Shown here piece after piece: positions 1 to 7,935 of a stretch of 10,898 bases of DNA. The notes under the pieces were generated by a model. That model had not been told where the DNA came from. It did no database searches and saw only the letters and a program-made list of their open reading frames with translations. The first letter of the stretch is position 1; every line of letters begins with the position of its first letter. Source of the stretch: Candidatus Odinarchaeia archaeon (GTDB lineage: Archaea > Asgardarchaeota > Odinarchaeia > Odinarchaeales > Odinarchaeaceae); the NCBI GenBank assembly GCA_029856525.1, contig JAHQXC010000043.1, positions 1 through 10,898 on the forward strand. The letters are read 5' to 3'. The translations under genes and the position numbers were made by a program.

Positions 1-191
1 GGGCAGAGGGAATTCACTCCAAAGGCGGGCCCTCTACTTGCGAGCGCAGTTTCAGCGTTGAAATAGGCTTCTTACGAAAGGTTTATTAAAAAGTCGTATA
101 TCTGTTTTTATGTTAAATTATAGGAAGGGTTAATCGAAGTTAATAAATTATTGAAAGGCTGGTACTCTTCTATTTCGAGGTGTAGTCTTAA

Positions 192-1316
192 ATGCAATTT
201 AATTTTGGAAACGATATAAGTTCAATACTTTCAATACTGATTTACGTATTCTTCTTCATATATATTATCTTCGCTCAGAGGATTCAATTCTGGGCTATGA
301 GCAAGCAGGTGGAGGCGGCTTTATCTAAGTTAGAGATGTATTCTTCTAAAGGGAAGTCTATAACCGTTAACACTATAAAAGAGGTTTGTAAATGCGATAT
401 AGATCCGACGAATGCTGTGAATAACTTTCTCGAATTCTTTACTATCGAACCTGTTGATAAGGATCCCGCTGGCGTGTTGAAGAGACTTGAACATATCTTA
501 GATGTTAGAGATAATCGATTTGAAATGCAAGTTCGACAACTAGCTCCTACAGCTCCTGAGTCTGAAATTCAGAATATTGAAAACCTGCTGGAGGCCGCTC
601 AAGCCGTTTACTTCATATTTAAAGTAGTCCGCCATTACTATCTTCTAGCTAAAAAATCTAAGAGCTATATTTTCATTGTTCAATTGCAGATGCAGTTAAG
701 CGAGATAATGAGAATCGCTAGCGCTTATTTTGAAGCTTTAAGAGCTTTCGCTGACGGTAAACCTATAGGTGATTCAATAGGCCCGTTTGTTGTAACAGCG
801 TTAGCTAAAGAATATAAGCGGTCAGGGAAACCTGTGAAAGAGATCTTAAACTATGTTAAGGATACAATGGTTTACGAATTAGACTACGAGAATCGTAAGC
901 TTTTCCTCGTCAGAGCTCAGGGACCCGGTGGCACGGTGGGTAAACCTGGGGAGGCTATTAAAAGATTAGTTGAAGAGAATAAGGGTAATATAAGCCGAAT
1001 TATAACAATTGATGCTGCTTTAAGACTTGAAGGTGAAAAATCCGCGGAAATAGCTGAAGGTGTAGGTGCGGCTATAGGAGGCCCAGGGGTTGAAAAATTT
1101 AAAATGGAGGATGCAGGCGTAGTTTACAATATACCTTTAGATGCTATAATCGTTAAAGAAACCATTGAAGAAGCCGTCACCTCTCTTAAAAAGGAATTAG
1201 CTGAAGCTGTTGATAACGTTGTTAACAGGGTTAAAGCAGCAATTACAGAGCGTACTAAACCGGGTGACATGATTATAGTGGCTGGTATAGGTAACACTAT
1301 AGGGGTTGGTGTATGA
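192..1316 (+). CDS. DUF1512 family membrane protein
   Basis: 374-aa ORF with GAGGTG RBS at 178-183, an N-terminal TM helix, and Gly-rich motifs (PIGDSIGP, QGPGGTVGKPG, IDAALRLEGE, EGVGAAIGGPG, AGIGNTIGVG) that I recognise as the archaeal DUF1512 family. Family call is from memory, with no HMM run. Confidence 0.8.
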   Translation: MQFNFGNDISSILSILIYVFFFIYIIFAQRIQFWAMSKQVEAALSKLEMYSSKGKSITVNTIKEVCKCDIDPTNAVNNFLEFFTIEPVDKDPAGVLKRLEHILDVRDNRFEMQVRQLAPTAPESEIQNIENLLEAAQAVYFIFKVVRHYYLLAKKSKSYIFIVQLQMQLSEIMRIASAYFEALRAFADGKPIGDSIGPFVVTALAKEYKRSGKPVKEILNYVKDTMVYELDYENRKLFLVRAQGPGGTVGKPGEAIKRLVEENKGNISRIITIDAALRLEGEKSAEIAEGVGAAIGGPGVEKFKMEDAGVVYNIPLDAIIVKETIEEAVTSLKKELAEAVDNVVNRVKAAITERTKPGDMIIVAGIGNTIGVGV

Positions 1317-1317
1317 A

Positions 1318-1704
1318 ATGAGTAGTGAAGGATCTGAAAATAAACCGAGTAAGCTCGCCAGGATAATTGCGATTATCCTAGGTGTAGCTATGGCTGCCGG
1401 TGCAGCTTATCTTATGTATTTAGGTATCACCTTAAACAACTTCCTTTATATTATAATGGGGTTTCTACTCTTCTCCTTCGTAACCACACTGTTTAACGTA
1501 GGTGTTAGACCTATTCCCCCTTTAATGAAACCTGTGAACACGATGACGGTTATTAAATGTGATAAGTGCGGTTTCTCTGAGATAAGAGAGTTTAGAAAAG
1601 GCGATTATATATTCAAAGAAATAGGTAAATGTAAGGACTGTGACGGAATCGCGTATATTAAGTCTATATATACTATAGAAGAGCAGAAGAGTAAAAGTTT
1701 CTAA
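1318..1704 (+). CDS. conserved archaeal membrane protein with C-terminal Zn ribbon
   Basis: The ORF track starts at TTG 1306; ATG 1318, 1 nt after the DUF1512 stop, is the likelier start. Two hydrophobic helices are followed by CDKC...CKDC. Probably an operon partner of DUF1512. Confidence 0.75.
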   Translation: MSSEGSENKPSKLARIIAIILGVAMAAGAAYLMYLGITLNNFLYIIMGFLLFSFVTTLFNVGVRPIPPLMKPVNTMTVIKCDKCGFSEIREFRKGDYIFKEIGKCKDCDGIAYIKSIYTIEEQKSKSF

Positions 1705-1975
1705 GGCTTAAACCTCCCAGTGGAGATGATAGCTGTCACTCTTATAAAGACGTGTTTACATTATAACTTCATGTTACACTCCTTTCTGAGAGGAGACTAC
1801 CTGGACCGGCATAATCCTGTGAAATCTTCGAGGAGTAAACTTTTAATCCAGGCTAGGGCTGTGATCGTGAACTATATCTCAATTAACCGCGAAAATCTTG
1901 CGAAAACGAGAGGGTGTTCTCACACTCCAGCACTCTTACTGTTTTTTCTTATTCTAAAATCCTGGAGCAATTTAT

Positions 1976-2467
1976 ATGACCGATAACCCTCAGGCTTCAA
2001 AGAAGTATAAACTGGTTGCAGTAGGTGGTACATTTGATCATTTTCATAAAGGACATCAGTCTCTTTTAACCAAAGCGTTTTCAATAGGGGAAAAAGTTTT
2101 AGTAGGCGTAACATGCGATTCATTTTGTAGGTGTAAGCCTTTATCGAATGAGATTCAACCATTTTATCTAAGAAAGCGTAACATCCTAAATTTCATACGC
2201 GCGCATTTTAAAGACGCTGATTTCGAGATTATTGTTTTAAAAGATAAATACGGGCCAGCGATCTCAGATAAAAACATAGAGGCTATAATCGTAACCGAGC
2301 AGACGATTCAAACCGCCAAGGAGATTAATCAAATTAGAGTCAGTAAAGGTTTGAACCCTCTTGAAATAGTGGTTGTAGACATGGTTTTAGCTTACGATGG
2401 AAAACCTATATCATCTACGAGAATTAGAAGCGGCGAGATCACAGTTGACGGTGAAGCTGTTAGCTAA
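1976..2467 (+). CDS. coaD: phosphopantetheine adenylyltransferase (archaeal PPAT, cytidylyltransferase fold)
   Basis: VAVGGTFDHFHKGH (HxGH motif), D-x-YGPA, IEAIIVT-x-T and KPISSTRIRSGEI. GGAG RBS upstream. Confidence 0.9.
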   Translation: MTDNPQASKKYKLVAVGGTFDHFHKGHQSLLTKAFSIGEKVLVGVTCDSFCRCKPLSNEIQPFYLRKRNILNFIRAHFKDADFEIIVLKDKYGPAISDKNIEAIIVTEQTIQTAKEINQIRVSKGLNPLEIVVVDMVLAYDGKPISSTRIRSGEITVDGEAVS

Positions 2468-2475
2468 AGAATAAA

Positions 2476-2483
2476 TTTATATA
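2476..2483 (+). promoter_or_regulatory. TATA box (with purine-rich BRE upstream) for the stand-alone 5S rRNA precursor
   Basis: TTTATATA preceded by AAGAATAAA, 28 nt before the first base of the precursor stem at 2512. Confidence 0.7.
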
Positions 2484-2511
2484 TTCATATTAAATATTAT
2501 TTTCAAGTCAA

Positions 2512-2662
2512 TGGTAGTATCGCGTGAAAGTTAAGCTTCCGCGCGACTATATAAGTACTGTGGTGCGAGAGCCCACGGGAACATATAGTGCTGCCAGTTC
2601 GCTGGCGGCCATAGGCGGAAGGAAACACCCGTTCTCGTTTCGATCACGGAACGATACTACCA
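2512..2662 (+). repeat. precursor stem with BHB splicing motif flanking the permuted 5S rRNA
   Basis: Perfect 11-bp inverted repeat TGGTAGTATCG 2512-2522/CGATACTACCA 2652-2662; central 4-bp helix CGTG 2523-2526/CACG 2645-2648; 3-nt bulges AAA 2527-2529 and GAA 2649-2651; short inner helix GTT/GAT. Confidence 0.9.
2529..2650 (+). rRNA. rrf: 5S rRNA, circularly permuted gene (3' half 2529-2597, UUCG linker 2598-2601, 5' half 2602-2650)
   Basis: 5' half CTGGCGGCCATAGGCGGAAGGAAACACCCGTTCTCGTTTCGATCACGGA; 3' half AGTTAAGCTTCCGCGCGACTATATAAGTACTGTGGTGCGAGAGCCCACGGGAACATATAGTGCTGCCAG. All five helices pair. I: CTGCCAG 2591-2597/CTGGCGG 2602-2608. II: GCGGAAG 2615-2621/CTTCCGC 2536-2542. III: CCGT 2629-2632/ACGG 2646-2649. 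Loop-E-proximal helix: ACTATAT 2546-2552/ATATAGT 2583-2589. Terminal helix: CTGTGG/CCACGG capped by a GAGA tetraloop. Confidence 0.95.
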
Positions 2663-2663
2663 C

Positions 2664-2673
2664 TTATTCTTTT
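2664..2673 (+). terminator. T-rich archaeal terminator candidate for the 5S precursor
   Basis: TTATTCTTTT immediately after the precursor stem. Confidence 0.45.
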
Positions 2674-2697
2674 AAGCAAAATAAATTTTAAATAATG

Positions 2698-2706
2698 TTT
2701 ATTATA
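2698..2706 (+). promoter_or_regulatory. TATA box of tRNA-Trp
   Basis: TTTATTATA at about -32 to -24 relative to G1 (2730). Confidence 0.55.
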
Positions 2707-2729
2707 CCTATAATAAATTAGTCTATAAA

Positions 2730-2898
2730 GGGGTCGTGGTCTAACCAGGTAGGACGACGGGCTCCAGAAACACTGCCTAAACGGCTGCTGACTTTACGGA
2801 TGAAGATATTCTGGAGCGTACCTGGAGAAACTCGTAAAAAGGATTTGAAAAATCCTTTTGAGGAGTGGTTAAGGGTTCAAATCCCTTCGACCCCACCA
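2730..2898 (+). tRNA. tRNA-Trp(CCA) with two introns (37/38: 2768-2829, 62 nt; 43/44: 2836-2865, 30 nt), CCA encoded
   Basis: Acceptor GGGGTCG/CGACCCC+ACCA, D stem GTCT/GGAC, anticodon stem ACGGG/CTCGT, anticodon CCA 2764-2766, T arm AAGGG-TTCAAAT-CCCTT. Removing both introns gives a normal 77-nt tRNA with variable loop TGGTT. Confidence 0.93.
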
Positions 2899-3327
2899 TA
2901 CTTATTTTCGTTATAGTAAAGGCTCCTATTATTTTTTAACGCTATCTGTGAAACACCATTTTTTGAAGACGAAGGATGGGATTAAAAGAAGCGTTTTATG
3001 TTTTTTCATTAGATTAGACTCAGGTTAAACTGGAAAAGTTAGAGCCCGGTAACCAGTTTTCTAAACACGGTTCAACGAGAACTAAACGTTTAAGTCAGGT
3101 AATCTGCGAAAGCTAGAGGTAATTCACTTACAAAGCCTTTTTTCCTCATAGTAATAAGTTATAAACACCCAGAAATTATTGTTAAATCTCACTCTACACC
3201 TATCTTAAAGAGACTTCCGGTCGATGAAGTTAAAAACAGAGTGTTTTTTAGAAGAAATATATATTAATAGGCTTTATAAAATTCTTTAACGTTTAATTAC
3301 TTTCTTCTTGAGTGAAGGTGAGTTTGT

Positions 3328-4059
3328 TTGGCTTATAGATTAGATTCTTCTCAGTTAGGATTAGAGAAAAAAGTCGTCTTGGAGACTGTTAACTTATCCC
3401 GATACTATAAACGCGGAGACCAGGTTATTAAAGCCTTAGATAATGTTAGCGTTAAAATATATCGAGGTGAGCCTACCGCTATTATGGGGCCTAGCGGTTC
3501 AGGTAAGACAACTTTTCTAAACTTAGTAGGGTTGCTGGATAAACCAACTTCAGGGTCGATATTAATTAACGGGCAGGATGTCACCTTAATGTCTAGTAAG
3601 CAGATAGTTGATTTAAGACGTCACACGATCGGATTCATATTTCAATTCTATAATTTAATTGATGTTTTAACAGCTAAAGAGAATGTTGAACTCCCTCTTC
3701 TCATAGCTGGGGTTAAAAAAAAGGAGAGAGCTCAAAGAACCGCGGCTCTTCTATCCCTGGTAGGTTTAAGCGATAGAGCGAATCATCTCCCAGATGAGCT
3801 TAGTGGAGGGGAACAGCAAAGAGTCGCTATCGCTAGAGCTTTAGTTAATAATCCTTCTCTTATCTTAGCTGATGAGCCTACAGGCGATTTAGACTCTAAA
3901 ACAGGTAGAATGGTGATGAAGATTCTTTTAGATTCTTGTAAGGAGCGTGATATCGGGCTGATCGTGGTGACTCATGATAGTGATATAGCTAATATGATGG
4001 ATAGAATACTATTTCTAAGAGACGGGCGGTTAATAGGGGAGAGTCGGCCTGGAAGCTGA
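3328..4059 (+). CDS. ABC transporter ATP-binding protein (LolD/MacB-like)
   Basis: Walker A GPSGSGKTT, Q-loop FIFQFYNL, signature LSGGEQQRVAIARAL, Walker B/D-loop ILADEPTGDLD, H-loop VVTHD. TTG start with AGGTGA RBS. Confidence 0.95.
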   Translation: MAYRLDSSQLGLEKKVVLETVNLSRYYKRGDQVIKALDNVSVKIYRGEPTAIMGPSGSGKTTFLNLVGLLDKPTSGSILINGQDVTLMSSKQIVDLRRHTIGFIFQFYNLIDVLTAKENVELPLLIAGVKKKERAQRTAALLSLVGLSDRANHLPDELSGGEQQRVAIARALVNNPSLILADEPTGDLDSKTGRMVMKILLDSCKERDIGLIVVTHDSDIANMMDRILFLRDGRLIGESRPGS

Positions 4060-4071
4060 GTGTGATCTCGT

Positions 4072-6696
4072 TTGGGGTTACTGAAAACTAGTCTACGAAC
4101 TGTTAAGAAGAGAAAATCAAGGGCGGCGTTAATTATAATATGTATTACTATAGGTGTAGCTGTTTTCGCAGGGGCTAATGTAGGCGCCGACGGTGTTGAA
4201 AACGCGTATGTCACTCGCTTATTATCAACTTTCGGAGACGTTGATTTAACTCTCTCTAATAGCTCAAACCCACTTTACTCTATTCAATATAATCAATCTT
4301 TATTAAGCCAGCTTTTGAATACCCCTCATGTAGAAGCAGTCGCTCCGCGAATATCAACGCTTCAAACCTTCTGGTTTAATTCAACAGGCAATAATACACT
4401 TCTACTAATAGGAATCGATAATATATTAGACAACCAATTCGGGTCTGTAACACCGCCCGGTTTAGTTAATCAACTTCACGGTAACAACTGTATAATAAAT
4501 CAGGTTGCAGCTGAAATATTCAATCTTACATCCGGTGAGAATATAGGGTTATATAGTCCGTTAATAGGGGTCAATGAGACAGTTCACATAATCGGCGTAG
4601 GAGTTTTTCAAGGTAAGTTTTCAGTTGAAAAATCAACTCCCATAATTGTTTTAAACATAGAGTTCATACAAAGCTTATTTCATTTAGAAAATCAGGCTAC
4701 TGAAATAGTTTTAAAAATTGACAGTTACAGGAATATTGAAACAGTTATAAATAATCTCAGAAATATATACGGGGATAAATTCACCTATTACTCGCAGAAA
4801 CTTGAAGCTTTAGAGAAATCAGAGTCTAATATATTAGTTTTAAGAGGCGCTTTAAACATTTTTTCAATACTCGCGTTAATAGTCACATTTGTTTTAATTA
4901 TAGTAGTTATGCTTATGAATATCTCTGAGAGAAAACGCGATTTAGGGATAATGAGATCTATAGGCGCCTCCACTAGACAAATCTTCTCTTATGTTATTAT
5001 TGAAACCTTACTATACGGTTTAATCGGCTCCACTGTAGGCACATTAACAGGGATATTTCTAAGCACATACATGTTAGATTTTCTAGGCGCGGCTATTTCA
5101 ACTATCACCACTCTAGGAGAATTGTCGATTATATTAAACCCTGTAACGTTAATCACATGCTTTTCAACAGGTATGATTATAGTATTATTAGCAGGTAATA
5201 TTCCGGCGATAGCCGCGACTAGAATCACAATATTAGAAACCTTCAGACCGAAGATGAAAGGGATAGCAAGAGTTAACGTGCTTAAAAAAAGCCTTATACT
5301 AGGTGTAATCCTCTTGATTTCAGGCTCGATTACCTTGTATCTACTCGGCGGCGGTATGATATTAACAGGCAACTTCACTCCTATACTCCTCTCAACCGCG
5401 CTTATAACAGCTGGTTTAATTATTTTTTTCAGTTCATCCCTATACTATGTTTCCAGAGGCGTCTCCACAATTTTTAAACCGTTGTTAAAAGAGTCTAAAG
5501 CTATTATCGAGAGGTATATTGCTCGTAACAGAACTAGGACAACTTTCACGTTCACGATGGTGGCGATTGGAATAGTATTCGTAATATTTTTCAGCTCACT
5601 TGCAGTAACGTTTACAGCGACATTCTCCACAGTTATCCGCGTGTTCACAGGCAGCGATATTAAAATGCAGGTGAACCCGGCGGTTAACTATAATTTCACA
5701 GCTGAGCTGCGCACGCTACCGGGTGTTCAAGCTGTTTCACCAAGCTATGAAAGCTGGTGTACAATTACAGGCGAAGATTTTAAAATAGCCTTAATATTCA
5801 TAGACCCTGATTCATTTCTAGATGTTTATCCGAGGATAAATACTGCAAGCGGTCCAGCTATCGAAGACGCTCTTAACACTCTTAAATCAGTTAATAAAAC
5901 AATAATTCTAGCTAAAAAAGCAGCGGATCTTCTAAATTTAACTGTCGGCGACACTATAACATTGAATGTTAAAAATATAAACGGTTCAACCACACCGATA
6001 GACTTCAATATAGTAGCGCTCGTTGAACAATTCTACGGTTACCCTCAATACATGTTTAATATAAGAGCCTTCGGAGATATTTACGGCGCTTATATATCTA
6101 TATCTCAGTTAGAGGATGTTATCGGTACTTCAAACGTGGAGGTCTTCTTTATAAAGCTTCAAACCGGAGTCGATCAAATTCAAGTTAAAAACGAGTTAGA
6201 GAATATTTTAAGCCCTAGATTTGAGAGCCTAACTTTAATATCGGCTAGAGAGTGGGAGAATCAAATTTCCTCAATCATAGAAAGCTTCTCAAATGTAGTC
6301 TATTTCTTTGTAGGGTTCTCGTTTATCGTAGCAGCTATAGGCATCGGCATAATCATGATTGTAGCTGTTTCAGAGAGGAGACAGGAGATTGGGATACTGA
6401 AAGCTATTGGGATGAGTAGAAAACAGGTTCTGAAACTCGTGGTCTGTGAAGCTGTTATAATCACGGTGATAGGTTTAATTGTCGGTATAGGCGGCGGTCT
6501 ATATCTTTGGTTTCTTTTCTTAAATAGAATAGTGTCAACAGCTTCCAACTTATTCTTCGAACTCCCTTTTATAATACCTGTTAATATAATAATTTATATG
6601 ATTGTTACAGGTGTGCTCATAGCTTTAGCAGCTTCAGCTTACCCTGCTTATAGAGCCATGAAATTAGAGGTAATCGATGCTTTACGCCGAGAGTGA
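4072..6696 (+). CDS. ABC transporter permease, FtsX/MacB family (duplicated extracellular + FtsX module)
   Basis: 874 aa, 12 nt after the ATPase. Two ER(K/R)x(D/E)xGIx(R/K)xIG FtsX motifs, two large extracellular domains, multiple TM helices. Confidence 0.9.
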   Translation: MGLLKTSLRTVKKRKSRAALIIICITIGVAVFAGANVGADGVENAYVTRLLSTFGDVDLTLSNSSNPLYSIQYNQSLLSQLLNTPHVEAVAPRISTLQTFWFNSTGNNTLLLIGIDNILDNQFGSVTPPGLVNQLHGNNCIINQVAAEIFNLTSGENIGLYSPLIGVNETVHIIGVGVFQGKFSVEKSTPIIVLNIEFIQSLFHLENQATEIVLKIDSYRNIETVINNLRNIYGDKFTYYSQKLEALEKSESNILVLRGALNIFSILALIVTFVLIIVVMLMNISERKRDLGIMRSIGASTRQIFSYVIIETLLYGLIGSTVGTLTGIFLSTYMLDFLGAAISTITTLGELSIILNPVTLITCFSTGMIIVLLAGNIPAIAATRITILETFRPKMKGIARVNVLKKSLILGVILLISGSITLYLLGGGMILTGNFTPILLSTALITAGLIIFFSSSLYYVSRGVSTIFKPLLKESKAIIERYIARNRTRTTFTFTMVAIGIVFVIFFSSLAVTFTATFSTVIRVFTGSDIKMQVNPAVNYNFTAELRTLPGVQAVSPSYESWCTITGEDFKIALIFIDPDSFLDVYPRINTASGPAIEDALNTLKSVNKTIILAKKAADLLNLTVGDTITLNVKNINGSTTPIDFNIVALVEQFYGYPQYMFNIRAFGDIYGAYISISQLEDVIGTSNVEVFFIKLQTGVDQIQVKNELENILSPRFESLTLISAREWENQISSIIESFSNVVYFFVGFSFIVAAIGIGIIMIVAVSERRQEIGILKAIGMSRKQVLKLVVCEAVIITVIGLIVGIGGGLYLWFLFLNRIVSTASNLFFELPFIIPVNIIIYMIVTGVLIALAASAYPAYRAMKLEVIDALRRE

Positions 6697-6716
6697 TATA
6701 TTTATTGAAAAATTTA

Positions 6717-6760
6717 CGCAGCTAGAACTCGGAGGATGAAACCTCTCATCTTTAGCTGCG
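6717..6760. terminator. stem-loop between convergent permease and MFS genes (possible bidirectional terminator/3' stabiliser)
   Basis: CGCAGCTA 6717-6724/TAGCTGCG 6753-6760, with inner GAGG/CCTC. The function is inferred from position only. Confidence 0.45.
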
Positions 6761-6762
6761 GA

Positions 6763-7935
6763 TCAGCGTTTAATAGTTGTTAGTAACACTGAAGCTGAGA
6801 ATGCTAAAACCGCCCCGTATATGAATATAAAACTGGCTCCGAGGATACTCCATATTAAACCAGCTATCAGACTTGAAAGAAAAGTTAGAAAGCTTATGAC
6901 CGCTTGAAATGAGCCTAGAACTGTTCCCCTTAAATGTTCAGGGGCTAAATCCGCTGCTAGAGCTCTCTGATTCGCCTCCGTCAAGGCGTTGAAAACACCG
7001 TATAATATGAATCCTATGATAAGTCCAGTTATATTCACGTAGACTAAGAATACAATATTTGTTAATATGAAGAATGTGTAGCCTATTAGCAGAGTGTTTC
7101 TTCTACCGATCTTATCTGATATCACGCCTGCTGGAAAAGAGAGGGCTGCGTAAACTATATTAAATAATATATAAAGTGAAATAGAAAGTGTTATCTTAGC
7201 TGTTGTGAATGTGAAACCCCCTCCAGTAGCCCATATAATTAAAAACATATAAGAGAAATTACCTAGCGTGAACAAGCCTACAATAATATAATATTTTAAT
7301 ACAGCTCCAGGGATATCCCTGAACTTAAATACTATTTTTCTAGATCCGCTGATTCTAGACGGATCTTTAACTAGTATTATAGGTGTTAAAGCTAGGAATC
7401 CGATAATACCAGCTACTAGAATGATTAAGTTTAACCCGAATCCGAGATAGGAGAATAAGAGAAGCGCGGTTATCGAGCCTGCGACAGCGCCAAGCGTGTC
7501 GAATGCTCTGTGAAATCCGAAAGCTCTCCCCCTATTATTTTCAGAGCTACTATCCGCGATCAACGCATCTCTCGGCGGTGTTCTAACCCCTTTACCTATG
7601 CGATCCAGCGGTCTTAAAGCTATCACATGCTGCCATATAGTTGAGAAAGGTAGCATTAACTTGGATAAAGCGGATATAAAATAACCTGAAAAAACGAAAA
7701 CCCTCCTTCGTCTAAGCCGATCAGTGAAGTAACCTGTTAAAATCTTAAAAAACCCTGAAACACTCTCCTCTAAACCACCAAGTAAACCAAGCGAGATCGC
7801 CCCTCCTCCTAGAGTAGCTAAGAAGAGCGGTAGAATCGGCATTATGATTTCACTGCTGATATCGTTTAAGAAGCTGACAGCTGATAGGACGACTATATTC
7901 CTCGATAAAAGTAGTCTTTTACCGTTATCTTTCAA
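6763..7935 (-). CDS. MFS transporter
   Basis: 390 aa, about 12 hydrophobic segments, motif A in both halves (GYFTDRLRRRR; GVISDKIGRR), and DRIGKGVRTPPRDALIAD. TTG start. Confidence 0.92.
   Translation of the reverse strand: MKDNGKRLLLSRNIVVLSAVSFLNDISSEIIMPILPLFLATLGGGAISLGLLGGLEESVSGFFKILTGYFTDRLRRRRVFVFSGYFISALSKLMLPFSTIWQHVIALRPLDRIGKGVRTPPRDALIADSSSENNRGRAFGFHRAFDTLGAVAGSITALLLFSYLGFGLNLIILVAGIIGFLALTPIILVKDPSRISGSRKIVFKFRDIPGAVLKYYIIVGLFTLGNFSYMFLIIWATGGGFTFTTAKITLSISLYILFNIVYAALSFPAGVISDKIGRRNTLLIGYTFFILTNIVFLVYVNITGLIIGFILYGVFNALTEANQRALAADLAPEHLRGTVLGSFQAVISFLTFLSSLIAGLIWSILGASFIFIYGAVLAFSASVLLTTIKR

Noticed and set aside
1791-1880. Group I intron R-like (GAGACTAC) and S-like (GAGATATAGT) motifs
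   Set aside because: The two motifs lie on opposite strands and cannot form P7.
1720-1986. 88-aa ORF on the + strand
   Set aside because: No RBS, no recognisable motif, and it overlaps the coaD start. Not supported as a gene.
1920-2162. 80-aa minus-strand ORF
   Set aside because: Antisense shadow of coaD.
2602-2650. Truncated 5S rRNA pseudogene
   Set aside because: The missing 3' half is present immediately upstream, all helices pair, and BHB cleavage restores the canonical junction to the nucleotide. This is unlikely for a decayed fragment.
2836-2870. Long variable arm (type II or tRNA-Sec-like) in the tRNA at 2730
   Set aside because: The anticodon is CCA with a 7-bp acceptor stem. 35 nt is too long for a variable arm, and the region fits an intron leaving a 5-nt loop.
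2899-3327. 430-bp intergenic region: short broken minus-strand reading frames and a hairpin AAACTGG/CCAGTTT (3027-3059)
   Set aside because: No recognisable protein or RNA motif. It could be a decayed gene, but I cannot support a call.
3972-6548. Six short minus-strand ORFs (3972-4214, 4788-4973, 4989-5378, 5445-5648, 5826-6008, 6300-6548)
   Set aside because: All are antisense to the well-supported ABC ATPase and permease genes.
6717-6760. SECIS-, K-turn- or H/ACA-like element (minus-strand ATGA...GA next to the MFS TGA stop)
   Set aside because: The upper helix is only 4 bp with no apical AA, the K-turn register is poor, there is no ACA box, and readthrough of the TGA gives nothing selenoprotein-like.
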